The notes under the pieces: generated by a model
Database searches by the model: none
What the model saw: only the letters and a program-made list of their open reading frames with translations
What the model was told of the DNA's origin: nothing
In this document: one piece after another, positions 24,661 to 39,130 of the stretch
How the letters are laid out: the number at the start of each line of letters is the position of its first letter
Position numbering within the stretch: position 1 is the first letter of the stretch
Translations under genes and position numbers: made by a program
DNA from: Octopus sinensis
Lineage: Eukaryota
DNA: 64,000 bases
Direction of reading: 5' to 3'
NCBI RefSeq assembly: GCF_006345805.1
Contig: NC_043001.1
Location: 49,042,001-49,106,000, forward strand

Positions 24661-26289
24661 TTATGAATTAGAAAATATTACTCGAAAGATTGCATCCAGT
24701 AACATAAATTAATAACGGTAGAATAAAAGACAACACAAGAAATACCAAAGAATATGCCATCATTCATCAAAACATACAATTATTAATGAAAGGCCGAGAA
24801 GGAATAGGGCACACGAAACACAAAAAATTAAAGGAAATTTCAATCAAAATTCTTAAATTACAAATAAGCACCAAGTTACCCTCTGAAAATTAGTCAATAT
24901 GTGTTGGTGGCCTAGTTGAAGAACCTATATTAGTATATTAAAGGTGTAATGTGGCTAGCTGGCAGAACCGTTAGCACGCCGGGAAAAATGTGTAGCGGCA
25001 ATTCGTCGACCTTGCCTATCATTCTTCTGGGGTTGATAAAATAAGTACCAGTTGATGTATACGACTCTCCCTCTCCCCCGAAATTGTTGGTTTAGTACCA
25101 AAATTTGAAACCAATATATTGAAGGTGTAACTTTGATTATGAATTTAAATATCTGTATGGATACTTCACATAATCGCTTCACCTGTGCATTAGAAATTTA
25201 ATTTATATTCTTAGATGTGACCGATGTCATGACAATTACACGGGATAAACGGGATTGACTTTAATGGAAAGTTGCTGTTCATTAAAAAATACGAAATTCC
25301 AGAAAAGTACCCGGCAAATATTCATTAGTAAACATTTGGACTAATGTGTAGCTAATAAATTCACAAAATATCAAGGTTTTGTTTTTCGTTAAATTGATGT
25401 ACTACTGAACAGGTATGGTGAATAAAAAGTGTTTTTATGATGAAATACAAGCTGAGTCTAAATAGAATATGATTATTATTTGGTTAGGACAACGTGAGAA
25501 AATGGGAATATATAGGATTGAAAGATTTCACTACATCTTCAAATTTATATTTATTTTTATATATTTACTACTTACGCTATCATAGCAAAGAATGATCATG
25601 CGCCTAAAAAAACCTATCAAAAGAATAGATTCACTAAAAGCTTGTGTATGACGGTTTAAGTGTTGCAAGTTTCCTCTCTGTTCTTTATGTAACCTCATTT
25701 ACTTTGTAAAATACATGCGTATCACAAAGTTGTGAAACCGGCAGGGTAAATAAAATAGATTAAAAGACTTCAAGTGCATTTTCAACTTCAATAAATGTGT
25801 GTGTGCGTGTGTGTGTGTGTAGTTGTACACACATATAATACATCCCAACTCCAAAAAGAGACATGATAACATCGTGTTCTTCAAAAACACAAAAACTAAA
25901 ACTTTTAGGTTATATTTTTATTATTTTTTTACAACATTCAATATGTAATAGTTAAATGTTGGATGTAATTTACATGATTGTGTTGATTCCTTTTTGAAGC
26001 GGCTACATTCATTTCGCTTTCCATTGTATGTTCAATGTTGGTATTCAGTACTGCTCCAAAGATATTTGGGTATATGCTACAAGCTTGTATAAATTCCAGC
26101 TGTATGAGAAACCGTGTTCTTTTCTTGTATAGTAAATTGAAGTTTGAGAGAAACCATCGTTGTCATTTGTAGTTTGCGGTTTTAGTCTTGATGTTTACAC
26201 AAGAAGAAAGGAGAGATGAACGTTTAGTATAGCAGTGAGATATATCGTCAATTTAAATAGAGATACATAAAGTAAAAATTGGAAATTTT

Positions 26290-27660
26290 TGTACATGTAC
26301 CGATGTCCTCACTACAATATCAACATCAGCGGTAAGAACAGCATCATCAACAACCACAGCACCAACTGTAGCAGAACTAAAAGCGGTAACACAAAAAATA
26401 GAAGCAACAACACTAAAAGAAAAATACACTCAACATCCAACGCCACAATCCTGGACAAAAATATTGTTAATACCAACACAATCCAAAGAACCCTCACCCA
26501 TACCAGATAGACTACAAACAGATATATATTCAATTGCGCATACACACTTTTTCCTCTGCCACAGATTTCTCTAAAAAGACTTACAAACAGATATATATTC
26601 GATTGCGCATACGCACTTTTTTCCTCTGCCACAGATTTCTCTAACAACAAAAACTCCTTGCAAGGAAATCAATTTGAATAGATACTTGTGAAGTGGAAGA
26701 GAAAAATGAAAGGAAAATGAAAAACATTGTACCGAACTAAAAACGATCATCTTAAATGAGGAGATACAGAAACTGACAAACAATCACACATTCCTGCTCC
26801 TAATACCAACATAGTCACACAAACAACTCCAACAATAGAAAATTCATCGACATTACAAACAGCACAGCAAACGAAAGCGCAACCCATCCGCATAAACTAT
26901 TTGAACAGTACATCCTAACCGAACAAACATTAAGCATCATCAACTATAGACACAAACAACGAGGACCTAATGAACATATACATCAATACGCAAATATTAC
27001 TCACAATGAGTACATTACATAAAAAAAAAGCAACTGATATAAGAATTAGAAAAACAACGTAAGAAACTTGGAACAAACTGAAAACAAAATATCTAAAGGG
27101 AATGGGAGATTCCCGATGGATATGAAAACACTTTAAAGAAATGCTTGCGGTAACAACTACAAATAATTTTTCTTCTTGTTGAACATAGCCGTACTCAGAA
27201 GAAGCAGCATGAATGCAGGTGGCCTGGGGACGCTTGGAAGAAGGGTCCCCGGCTCAACGACTCCAGGATAATAATATAAAGATGTGGTGATTATAACCAT
27301 GATAAGAATTTCCGAGGCACGAGAATTCATGCCTATCTTCGGCAGTTACGAGTTGTACGCATCTCCAAGCCTGCCAGGAATGAATGGCGGAATAACTATG
27401 TTGCTTTGGAAAGGGCTTAATCCTGGGGAAAGGGCCAGCTTCCTGGACTCAGAAGTTAAGTTCGGGGGTGTTGGAGTGACCTTTAGCAGAGGCTATGCTT
27501 TCAGAGTAGTTGCTGTTTATATCTTGGTAGGGGTAGGAGTGAGGGCAGATTTTTTCCAGCCGCCTGGGGGCCTTCCTAGATATATCGCGGTTTCGTGCTA
27601 GCAGGCGAACAGAACAGCGTTTTGGATGCACACAGGGATCGTGTGGGGCCAGCCAATAAA
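26290..27660 (+). pseudogene. L1/Tx1 remnant: low-complexity ORF1 tail, then APE endonuclease N-terminus (from about 27210)
   Basis: MNAGGLG..DVVIIT..GGITMLL..FLDSE..AFRVVAVY. Internal tandem duplication of about 70 bp at 26509-26644. Confidence 0.7.
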
Positions 27661-28089
27661 CGAGTAGCTGGGGTGGTGTGGTGGATATAATCGTCTAGTC
27701 TCCTTCTAACAAATTTCAGAGCTCCTGTTATATTTATTGTACTTTGTGTGCTAATGATTCGTGATACTTCTTTTTCACTCTCGTGTCCCTATGTTGTTTA
27801 TTTCATAGCGAGAACCCGGCTGAGATTTGAACCATAGTTCTCAAATTTTCCCAGTCTATAATCACGGCTTAATATATTTCCATAAAAGGAAAAGTGTTGC
27901 CATAAATCATATTCGTCTACTCGAATAGGATTTGACAAATTAGTACTACTTAGCTTATGGCTAAAGCCGCAATTTCATAGAAAGCATACAAGTTTTCTCT
28001 GCTGAAAGGATTCTAGAACCTTCTGGGTCAACGGTTATTTAAAAGCGAGTTTATTCAAGTTACTATAGGATTTACTCGAGTTGGTCATT

Positions 28090-28720
28090 TTCTCATCAGA
28101 AAAGTAATCTGAGGGAGCTAGGCCTGGACTATATGCTGGGTGTGGACATCAATTCGATTTCCCCAATTTCGTGCAGTTCATCCTGGGTGGTTCCAGCGGT
28201 ATGAGGTCTTGCGTTGTCTTGCTGCAGAAGAGCTCACTTTCTGTTAAACAATGCCGGGTATTTTTGCCTCACAGTGGTATACAACCTTGAAATCCCGAGC
28301 TCGTCTGATACTATCCGAGTTCTACTCGCCAGGCTTGCCTCTGTGGTTTGAAGCACGGCCTCAGAATCCACGGTTTTAGGCCTACCTGACCTTGTCTGAT
28401 CATCGATGTTCTTGCAACCCGAGCGAAAGTTCTCGAACCATCTGCGATCAACTGCGCCTTCACCCTTTGTGCAACAAACGTTTTTGGTTGCTTCCGTGGT
28501 ATTATGGCAAAGTTCGAATTAGTGAAGCTTAAGTTCCTGTTTTTGACTATGTTGCTTTCAAATGACATACAGAATGAAGCAATGCACATTGTGTCAGCAC
28601 ATTATCTACTACAATACTACCAACCTCAGCGGGTATCTTCCGCGGCTTTAACTGCTTCGGTTCTGTGATATACACGCTGCAAACCTGCATGTATGCAAAT
28701 ATCTATCTATATCTCAAAAA
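28090..28720 (-). mobile_element. Internally deleted mariner, same family as 55997-56890
   Basis: Minus-strand KGEGAVD..WFENFRSGCKNIDDQTRSGRPK, LLQQDNAR, HPAYSPGLAPSDY. Confidence 0.85.
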
Positions 28721-29684
28721 ACCGCTAAACCTTTTAAACTTTCTAAAATTTTGAAACTTTTGAACCTTTGAAGTTTAAAAATTCGCCCCCCAAAAAAACT
28801 TTCTATGTTTTCTCAAACTAGGATTTCCAAAGACCTCCTCACTGTTCAGTGTCCATATAATATATTTATATCAATACCTCAGTTTCTTGTCAACTTTTCA
28901 TCTTAATTTCATTTTCTAATTTTTAAAGTTTTTTTTAAATAATTTTCTCTTTTCGTTTTTAATTCTTCATTTTTCAATTTTTCAATTTGTCAGTTCTCTA
29001 CGGTTTTCTCTTCATTGCTCAGTTCTACAATCTTCCACTCTTAGTCTTTGGTTTCCCCATCGATAAACCCCTAACCCTGTAAGTATCACTCCTCCTTCTC
29101 CCTGTTCATTCTTTCCCCCTAGCCCAGCTTTACTTCTCTTAGCATAGCACCCCCTCTCAACAGCCTACTACGGCGTCACCCTGTTATATCTCTCTGCATC
29201 AGAATATAAAGATTAATAGATTAATATGTCCACTCCACAGACAAATATACGAGTCCCTATTCATCTAACTTACAGATTTGTAGACGACTTACACGTTCTC
29301 AAGTATTACGGAGAGGAACTGTAACTGTTTTCTGTGGCAGTGCGCACTTCAAATTCATTGAAGACTCTCCACAGATACATACTGTACATCTCTTTACCAT
29401 TCTTTACCACTATGGAATTGTATGATCTAGAAAACTCAACAAAACTATCCCAGCCCCATCGGATGAGATCTATACGAGAATGCTGCTAGAGAACATGATT
29501 GACCTATCCTAGGACATAACGTTATGTGAAATTATGCATTATATACAATATATAATCATACTGTGTGCATCTAATTTGTAGTTATATACAGTATTGACAG
29601 CATGTAACTATAAATTCCTTATCAAACTTCAGTTATGTTACTACAATGTAAAAACAAAAACAAAACAAAGCATAAATTACTCAC

Positions 29685-29730
29685 CAGGTCAAAAAGGAAA
29701 TCTGAACAGTTGCGGCGGCTGTGGATAAAG
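29685..29730 (-). CDS. Candidate 46-nt exon; in phase 0 reads LYPQPPQLFRFPF* (second exon of the putative micropeptide)
   Basis: tatttcag| acceptor and CTG|gtgagt donor in unique sequence. Confidence 0.5.
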
Positions 29731-29774
29731 CTGAAATAATATATATCAAACACATTACCATCGTTATCTTTCCA

Positions 29775-30490
29775 TGCCTCCTACTCCCCTATTCCTCCTC
29801 CTCCTCCCTATTCCTCCTCCTCCGCCCTTATTCCTCCTCCTCCTTCCCCTATTCCTCCTCCTCCTTCCCCTCTCCTTTCTATTCTTCCTCCTCCTCCCCT
29901 CCTTCCTCCACTTCCCCCTCTTCCTCCTCCTTCCCCTCTCCCTCCTCCTTCCCCTCTCCCTCCTATTCCTCCTCCTCCTCTTCTTCCTCCTATTCTTCCT
30001 CCTCTTCTTCCTCCTCTTCTTCCTCCTCTCTTCCCCTCTTCCTCCTCCTCCTCTCTTCCTCCTCCTCCTCCTCCTCCTCTCCCTCCTTTTCTTCCTCTCC
30101 TTCCTCCCCTTCCTCCTCCTCCTCCTCTATTCCTCCTCCTCCTCCCTTATTCCTCCTCCTCCCCTATTCCTCCTCCTCCTTCCCCTCTCCCTCCTATTCT
30201 TCCTCCTCCTCCCCCTCTCCCTCCTATTCCCCCTCCTCCTCTTCTTCCTCCTCTTCTTCCCCTCTTCCTCATCACCCCTCCCCCTCACCCCCTCCTCCTC
30301 TATTCCTCCTCCTCCTCTCCTTCCTCCACTTCCCCCTCTTCCTCCTCCTTCCCCTCTCCCTCTATTCCTCTTCCTCCTCTCCTTCCTCCTCTTCCCCCTC
30401 CTCCCCTCCTCCTCCTCCTCTTCCCCCTCCTCCCCTCCTCCTCCTCCTCTCCCTCCTTTTCTTCCTCCACTTCCTCCCTTTCTTCCTCCA
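29775..30490. repeat. About 720-bp polypyrimidine/polypurine (CCT)-rich tract
   Basis: Almost exclusively C and T on +. Confidence 0.97.
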
Positions 30491-31789
30491 ATGGAAGCTC
30501 GCCATTGAAGGTTATCGGAGATTGTGAAGCCTAGCATTAGTCATAATTTTAGTTGTAAGTTGTTCGAGAATAAATAAAGTGTAGACGGTAGTTATGCTTT
30601 TCTTCATAACTGTGTTCTATGTCTTTCCATGATGTTGAAGAAGATAAACTCTTCGTTTATGGCATTGGTGCACGTTCAATGGCGAATTGGCAATAGAGCG
30701 TCGGATAGAAGGCGTTTAAATCTCATATAAGTCGACTTCGCTTTTGTAAAGATATGGTGTGGTTTGACATGAAACTCCCACTATATCGCTTGCTAAAACG
30801 ACATGGTAAAGTAGTTTATAGGTGGAAAAATTTAAACAGATTATCATGTGAGACATAATGAAAGATTTTGCTAATATTAAGAGTAATATCTAAGGTGGTG
30901 AGCTGGGATAATCGTTACTGCGTCGGGCAAAATGCTTAGCAGCATTTCATCCGTCTCTACGTTCTGAGTTCAAATTCCCGCCGAGGTCGACTTTACCTTT
31001 TATTCTTTCAGGGTCGATAAAATAAGTACCAGTTGAACACTGAGGTCGATGTAATCGACTTACCCCTTCCCTCGAAATTGCTGGCCTTGTGCCAAAATTT
31101 GAAGTCAATATTAAGATCAATACTCTCTGTATTGTGATATAGAAATGGCGGTACTTTGCTTATATGGCTTTAAAGAAAATCCATTGATGGCTATTAAGAA
31201 GTGAAAAAGGACGACTGTGATAAATGAGATGGCTATTTATAACTGTCTCCACCATTCAAGTGTCGGAAGTTAGGCAGTCGGTGTGCTTCATTCGAGAGAC
31301 TCCGCTGGTAGTCGGCAGTGACTTCGAGATGAAGAACAACTGTCACATATTTTCATAAATGAGTGTATGATTACAGAGAAAGAGAGAATGGTTGAAAAGC
31401 TTCTTTAGAAGATGGGCTGGTTAGATATGGAGGACGCTGTTTGGGGGAGGAGCCGGTCAGATTTTTACACCGAAGTTTTTGTACTTAACTTGTATGAGCG
31501 TAAGATGGTGGGGTGCGTCGGTTTGAGACAGAGAGATTCGGGAGATTTGTGTTGTGTTCTGTGCAACATAGGACTGAAAGTAAATGTGTGCGTCAACAGA
31601 AGTAACGCCTACAGAGCCATAATTAGTTGAAGAGTGAGATTTATGAATCCATGGATGATATTAGCTGAAGGTTAGATATATTTAAGAAGGGAGAATTCAG
31701 ATTAAAATTACAGAAAAATAAAAGTATTTTCATATAAATAGGCAAATAAAAAAACAACAAAACAAAAACGACGCAGTTTCAATACTCAC

Positions 31790-31858
31790 ATCACAAAAAT
31801 ATATTAAAAATGTAAAGCAGCAGGCTATTGTCATGACCATTAATAATTCGTAAAACAT
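31790..31858 (-). CDS. Candidate first coding exon MFYELLMVMTIACCFTFLIYFCD (hydrophobic signal or TM segment)
   Basis: aaaATG context, in-frame upstream stop, GAT|gtgagt phase-0 donor, possible acceptor ccacag| at 31922. Confidence 0.5.
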
Positions 31859-32406
31859 TTTGATATTTTCCCTCTTTGGTTGTTCTTTATCTTCTTCTAT
31901 ACCAGTATATCAGGAGATATGCCTGTGGATGGTACTCAATCAAGTTGAAAGCTTGTGGTTTAGAATATAAATTAGACTTCCGGTAGAATATTTTAAATAT
32001 ATTGTTCGACTTTTTGTGATAAGCCCAGGATTATTTTCAGAAAGGCACTAAAAATGATATATTTATTCCTATTAAGTTGGCCGAAATTTTAGCTGAAATT
32101 CTAAACACGGTTTCTTAAATCACAGACAATTGAGAAATTGTCAGCATGGAAGTAACATTAGACGAAAATGATTATAATGAACCCTCTATTTTTTTATATG
32201 TCCTGGAGTGTTTCATAACGAAAAGATTATACAATGGATAAAACTGTAGGGCTAAAACAAATCTAGGCTTTCAACTAGCATTTCTAAATAAATTACTTTT
32301 GTCTATTCACCAAACAGTGTGACTTAGACAAGTTTAAGTGAAGGAATGGATTTCAAACAATCATTTCATTCGTTTGAGCATTCCGTTACCGTTGAAATAC
32401 AGCGTT

Positions 32407-32420
32407 GTTGCCATGGTGAC
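32407..32420. promoter_or_regulatory. RFX X-box GTTGCCATGGTGAC
   Basis: The reverse complement GTCACC-AT-GGCAAC fits the consensus exactly. It lies about 550 bp upstream of the minus-strand ATG at 31858. Confidence 0.6.
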
Positions 32421-32570
32421 ACATGTTTTGCGATTTGAAAAAAAAAAAAAAAAAAGAAGGTATTTTCTACAATTAACAAAAGCGATTTTATAAATTTGAA
32501 TTCTTTGAGAATTATATGAGTAAGCATAAGTACAATTTATATCTATCTTATTCATCGATTTAACTCTTCA

Positions 32571-32619
<49 letters not shown>

Positions 32620-32656
32620 ATCTATCTATCTGTCTATCTGTCTGTCTGTCTGTCCA

Positions 32657-32704
<48 letters not shown>

Positions 32705-33848
32705 GCTATCTATCTGTGTGTGTGTGTGTGTGTGTAAGTGAGTAAAATTTCTTAATCCAAGTAAAAACTCCCAAAATTCAGTAACAGAGTAGGAGAGTTC
32801 ACTCGCGAAACAGGAGGATAAGGGACAGTTTTAGTCTGGGGTAGGGAAGACGAGAAAGCCATGTGATGCTTTGACCTATCACATGATTTGGTGTGAAAAA
32901 TTTCGCAAGACAGCAGATTTTCAGTGACAATAATATCGGATTGTAATACAGCGAGCAAGGAGAATCGTTAGCACACCAGGCAAAATGCATAGCGATATTT
33001 CATCCGTCTTTAGGTTCGGAGTTCAAATTCCGCCGAGATCAACTTTATCTTTCATCCTTTCGGGGTCAATAAAATAAGTGCTAATTGAACACTGGGGTCC
33101 ATGTAATCGACTTAGCCCCTCACCGAAACCCGTTGACCTTCTGTCAAAGTTTGAAATCAATAATATCGGATCGTTAGATAAAATCGTTCGATTTTTTTCT
33201 TCTGTTTGGCTCTCCATCGTCATTTGTCTGAAAAAGAGGCAAACTTTATTCAAATTTCAAAAAAAAAAAAAACATAAACAAAAGTTGAAGAGGGAGTATA
33301 GAGCTACAAAAACCATACAAAGCTTTACGATTAAAATATTTTTCGTGTTAATTCAAATATAGGCTCAAGCGTGGTTGTGTGGTAAGAAGCTTGCTTCTCA
33401 AGCGCATAGTTCCAGGTTCAGTCCCACTGCATGGGACTTTGAGCAAATGTCTTCTATTACAGCTTCGGGCCGACTAAAGCCTTGTGTCTTCTATTACAGC
33501 CTCGGACCGACCAGAACCTTTGGTAGACGGAAACTGAAAGAAGCCCGTCGCATATATATATATATGTGTGTGTGTGTGTGTCTGTGTATCTATGCGATTG
33601 TGTCTTTGGGTTTGTCCCCCACCACAACTTGGCAACCGGTGTTGGTGTGTTTATTTTCCCGTAACTTAGCGGTTGGCAAACGAAACTGACAGAATAAGTA
33701 CTAGGCTTAAGAAAAATAACTCCTGAGGTCGATTTGTTCGACTAAAACCCTTCAAGGTGGTGCCCCAGTATGGCCGCAGTCCAATGACTGAAATAAGTAA
33801 AAGATAAAAGATAAATGATAACACTGGAAAGGATTGAAATTAATGGAA

Positions 33849-34217
33849 AACAAGTGCACTCCGAGAGCGCAAACCGCTGCCAAGGCAACACCAACGTCCT
33901 CTCAACGATTAGCAGGAGATGATCTTTAATATAAGTATATCTGAAATAAACTCGACCGTCCTCACAAACGAGAATACTAAAAGTGAACCCCGACCGCTCT
34001 CAAAAATTAAGAAAAAAAACGGAAAATTAATACAGAATCTTTGTCCGAGACCAGATTGATCCTCAAATCTAATCAGTTCGTGCAGTCACAAGGCCAAATA
34101 TCCCTGAACGTTTCATCCGAATCCTTCCAGCGGTTCTTGAGATATCTTGTCCACGGACAAAGAAACAGACAAACAAGACTGAAAGCAATACCTCCGCCTT
34201 AGCTAAGGCGGAGGTAA
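33849..34217 (+). mobile_element. Helentron-associated (HINE/DINE-1-like) non-autonomous element
   Basis: 5' aacaagtgcactccgagagcgc..gccaagg, an (ACAG/ACAA) microsatellite, and 3' hairpin tacctccgccttagctaaggcggaggta. Confidence 0.7.
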
Positions 34218-34514
34218 TAAACAAACGAATTCATCTGACAACCCAATATTATAAAATCCTTGAAGGCGGCGGGCTAGCAGAATCGTTAGCACGCCGGGAA
34301 AATTGCTTAGCGGCATTTCGTCCGTCTTTACGTTCTGAGTTCAAATTCCACTGAGGTAGACTTTGCTTTTCATCCTTTAGGGGTCGATACACTAAGTACA
34401 AGTAGAGCCCTGGAGTCGGTGTAATCGACTTCCTTCCTGCCCAAAAGCTACTGGCTTTGTGCCAAAATTTGAAATTTGAAATCAATATATATATATATAT
34501 ATATAATAACAGTG

Positions 34515-34597
<83 letters not shown>

Positions 34598-35023
34598 ATC
34601 CAAACAAGAAAACACAGAAAAAAAGAGAAAAAAAACAGCAACGCGAGGACGTGGAACAATTAAAGTATTATTGACGCTCAGGAAAAAAAAAATATATATA
34701 CACATATATATAATAACAGAAGGCGGCGAGCTGGCAGAAACGTTAGCACGTCGGGTGAAATGCGTAGCCGTATTTCGTCTGCCGTTAAGTGTTCTGGGTT
34801 CAAATTCCGCCGAGGTCGACTTTGCCTTTCATCCTTTCGGGGTCGATAAATTAAGTACCAGTTACGCACTGGGGTCGATGTAATCGACTTAATCCCTTTG
34901 TCTGTCCTTGTTTGTCCCCTCTATGTTTAGCTCCTTGTGGGTAGTAAAAAAATATATATATAATAACAGTGTAGCACAAAACGGCGGTGCATCAGCATGG
35001 CCGCAGCTCTGAGCTGAAACTAG

Positions 35024-35064
<41 letters not shown>

Positions 35065-35119
35065 ATATATATATATGTATATATATATATGTATATATAT
35101 ATATGTATATATATATATA

Positions 35120-35152
<33 letters not shown>

Positions 35153-35166
35153 ATATATATATATAT

Positions 35167-35233
<67 letters not shown>

Positions 35234-35284
35234 GTATATATATGTGTATATATATATATGTGTATATATATATATGTATATATA

Positions 35285-35335
<51 letters not shown>

Positions 35336-36169
35336 TGTGAGAAAGAGAGAGATATGAAGGGGATAGGTAGCAGATTCGTTGGGACGTAAGAACAAATGTG
35401 GCATTTATTTCACTCCTCTGCGGTCTCAGTTCAAGTCCTGCTGATGTCAACTTTGTCTTTCATCCTTCCGAGTTCGATAATATATACTAGTCTAGTACTG
35501 TGGGTTGGCAGATTGTTAGAGCATTATGGTATTTTCTCCCAGTTCTTTACGTTCTGAGTTCCCTGGCTGATAACTTCACGTAACATTATGTGAAAGCTCT
35601 TTTTCAGGTTATCTTTCGTGCTTTTTAACCTATCTTTCAGCTCAGTGAAAAATGCTATGCTGGCTAGCAGAGACTTACCTTTCCCGATGCCAAACTGCAA
35701 GATCACTGACTTGTTTCGATTATCCCATACTTCAGTTTGTTGCAGAACACTTCGATTTCTGAGTTAGACGACATCATGACGGCGAAGTCGTCTGCGTCTG
35801 TTGACACCGTGTCGCTGTATCTTAGTCTATACAGTATGTCTCGAAGTCAATTTAACTTTCTGTTGAAAAAGCTCGACAATAAAAAATTTGAGCTAAGAAT
35901 GCAAAGAAGTGGAACAAAATACCGCAAGGTATTTTATCTGACGCTTTAATGGTTCAGCCAATCCACAACTGTTATTTGTTTTTAAATGGGATAAAAAAAA
36001 TGAGACACTAGGGTGAGAGTACCAGTTATTATTTCGTCCTAGGACAGTGGGAACTGTAAGAATGTCAGGCTTGATGCCTTGAATTTGTTCCAGCTCTTTG
36101 CTTTTTACGCTCAAATTTCACCACGGTCGACAACGCAGCCTTCGTATTTCGCCTCGAAGAAATGGACAA

Positions 36170-37700
36170 AGGGTCATTCTCACCGCTAGCACGTCGGTCG
36201 CGATGCCTTTACTAATCGCCTCTTCTAGTTTGCTAACTTGTTCTCTCTCTAATCTATTTTTTTCTATAGCTAGCTCTTTGATAAACGCTATCGATTCTAC
36301 TCTAATCTCTCTCTTCAGGGTGACACACTACCGGTTGTTGACAATTGCCCCGTCAACTGCCGCTTAACTTCTTCATTAATCCGATCCCTGTGATCTCTGC
36401 GTAATGACGCGTTCAGCTTCATGTAACCGGGTACCTGCCTACGGGTCCTGGCTAATTTGACTGTGCAGATCATAGACTTATGTTCTGTGTAGCCGATCAA
36501 TTTGAATTGTGGACAACCTACGCTACCCGTATCTACTGACCTAACGAATACTCTATCTAGATACGATCTAAATAACCCGGTGTGGTTGCCCCATGTCCAC
36601 ACTGGCACATCAGGGAAATTGGTTTTGGTGTAGGAGTCATGATCTGCTCATGAGGTTGTTGTAAATGCGGCCGTGGAGTTGTCAATAGGGTTGGTTTCGG
36701 TTTCTTTAATTGAGGATAGAAAGCTTTTTTTCATTGGTTGTGCTTCTGCAAGTGTAACACTTAGCTTTCCTACCCTCCACCACAATTCTTATGGGCTCCA
36801 CACCTTACATATAAATTATGCTAGGAATCCCATGGAAATTTTCTACAGTCACCAACATTTCTACTTCCACCTGGACCACCAACAATTTTTTTTTTCCGGC
36901 TGGATTTCTAAGTTAAAATATCACCATACCCAGCCACAATCATCCTGAAATACTGGATGTCAGATTCCGGAAGCACATTCGTAAAAAGTAAGCTTATTCA
37001 CTCGTCACACCAGATAAGACGAAATGAAAATATTTTCATCTGAGGAGTAAGTGTACAAGGTCATCTTTATCGTTGCCTCTTCGCCAAGGCATATAATAAC
37101 AAAATATTCAAACTTTCTCGCTCTTTTGACGTGCCAAATGGAACCCTAGATATCTTTCAGGCATTTGTCTGCCTGTGCTGGAGTCGGATTTACGATCCGT
37201 CTGGTCTTCTTATTAAGAGAACGATATATCACAGTTCTTTTGGGGACCTGATATTTTTGGTCTTGATGATTAGTTTTTAGTAGGCATTTTCGAAGATTTT
37301 TACCAAAATAACTATCGAAGGAATGCTCCACCTATCTCTGTTCAGTAATATTTGGGAAAGATGTGCTAGATTTCTCATTGTTGTTTTCATTATTGTTGTT
37401 GTAGTTGTTCTTAGTGGATGACTTGGTCTCATTTTCTTATAAATTTTCTCCTTCTGTTTTTCCTGAAATGTGTTGATATTGTTGCTATTGTTGTTGCTGT
37501 TGCTGCTGCTGTTACTGTTGGCTCCCAAATTTTTTCTACTTTATTCTACTTCAAACTGGGTGTTATTGTTGTTACTGCAGTTGTTGATAGAGTTGGTTTT
37601 CAAGAATTTTTTGTTGAAATATCCCAACTTGTGAACAATTTCAACGTCACTCGTGTTAAATACTGGTTTGTCGTCTGTTTTTTTTCTTTTTTTAAGGGGG
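36170..37700 (-). pseudogene. L1/Tx1 remnant (APE endonuclease C-terminus at 36170-36620; ORF1-like low-complexity region upstream)
   Basis: WTWGN..SYLDRVFV..TEHK..GYMKLNASL. Confidence 0.75.
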
Positions 37701-38879
37701 GTGATATAGCACGTCACGCTCACTTCCCTTTCACTACGTTCTGATGACACTCCTCACTCTCTTATTTACGAGCATCATCGAATCGATTGAAATTTTCTTC
37801 ATGGACAATCGAAAAATTTCACTATACAAAATTAAATCGAGATGTCTCCCAACACTGGCAAACAACACACGAAAAGAAACTCGCCTATCAGCAGAAAACA
37901 ACTTGCTTTCCACGCTAGTATTAATTCCAAAACTGGACACAACAGCTATCCGTAGTTTCACTTACAAAATAATAATAAATCTTTCTGCTATTGACACAAG
38001 GCCTGAAATATTTTGGGAAGGGCGCTAGTTGATTACATCCTTTCCAGTGCGCAACTGGTACTTATTTTATCGATCCTGAAAGGTTGAAACTCAAAGTCGA
38101 CTTCGGCGAAATTTGAACTCAGAACGTAAAGAACCGTAAGAAATGCCGCTAAGCATTTTGCTGGCTTCGCTAATTCTTCTGTCAATTCACTGCTTTAAGT
38201 TCTCTTAATAATAATCCTTTTTACTAAAGGCACAAGGCCTGAAACTTTGGAGGAGGGGACTTGTCGATTACATTGACCCCAGTGTTTTACTGGTACTTTA
38301 TTTTTCGACACTCCAAAGGACGAAAGGCAAAGTTGCTAAGCATTTTGCCCAACGTGCTAACGATTTTGCCAGCTCAGAGCCTTACTAATAATAATACTGA
38401 GAATAATTTCTCACATATGTACAAGGCCAGAATTTTCTAGACTGGGGTTACTCGATTATCGACCCTGTTACTTGTGCAGTTCTTTATTTTATCAATTCCG
38501 GAAGTATGAAAGGCAGATTTGACTTCGGCGTGGTTTTAAAATGCAGTAATAAAAACTTTAATGTATTTTGTACAAAGTTTTTGCAGATTTCGATTCCCGA
38601 TTGAAAAAATTTCCCTGCACCTAAGCTTCTAATAAATATATTCAGGATGTTTTATAGACGATACAATTTCTCACTTGAACTTCCAAGTGAAATACAAGTC
38701 CTTATGGTTAAACAAATAAAAATACTTTGCAAGTTTGGAGTTTAAATCATACTTAAGGAGTCGATGTCATATTTTGTGTATTGAATCTATAAAATAAAAA
38801 GCAGTCAGAATCTATCCACCCACCCACCCACCCACCCATCCATCCATCCATCCATCCATCCATCCATCCATCTTTTCCG

Positions 38880-39130
38880 TTCGCTATTCTTAGGAGCATT
38901 GTGGGGGTAAAGTTTTCAGACACCTTCTTCATAGGCTCGTATCAGAAGCAACCGTCGTTACACTTTTCCTGCTGGATTCTCAAACGTGACCTACTGAGAC
39001 TATGGATATTATCCAGCCACCTCGTTCTTGGTCTATCCTAAATCTCCTGTCGGTTGGCTTGACTTGAAAAAGCTGTCTTGTGATTCTTTCATGAGACATC
39101 ATGACATCATTCTAATTACTATTCTCCTAA
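38880..39130 (-). pseudogene. RTE-type LINE 3' fragment
   Basis: RPRTRWLDNI motif. Confidence 0.55.

Noticed and set aside
29721-30537. Ser/Pro/Leu- or Glu/Arg-rich ORFs of 136-268 aa
   Set aside because: Stop-free only because of the (CCT)n tract.
34889-35450. YI/IY-rich ORFs here and similar MYVC/HTYI ORFs throughout
   Set aside because: Translations of (TA)n, (TATG)n and (CA)n microsatellites.
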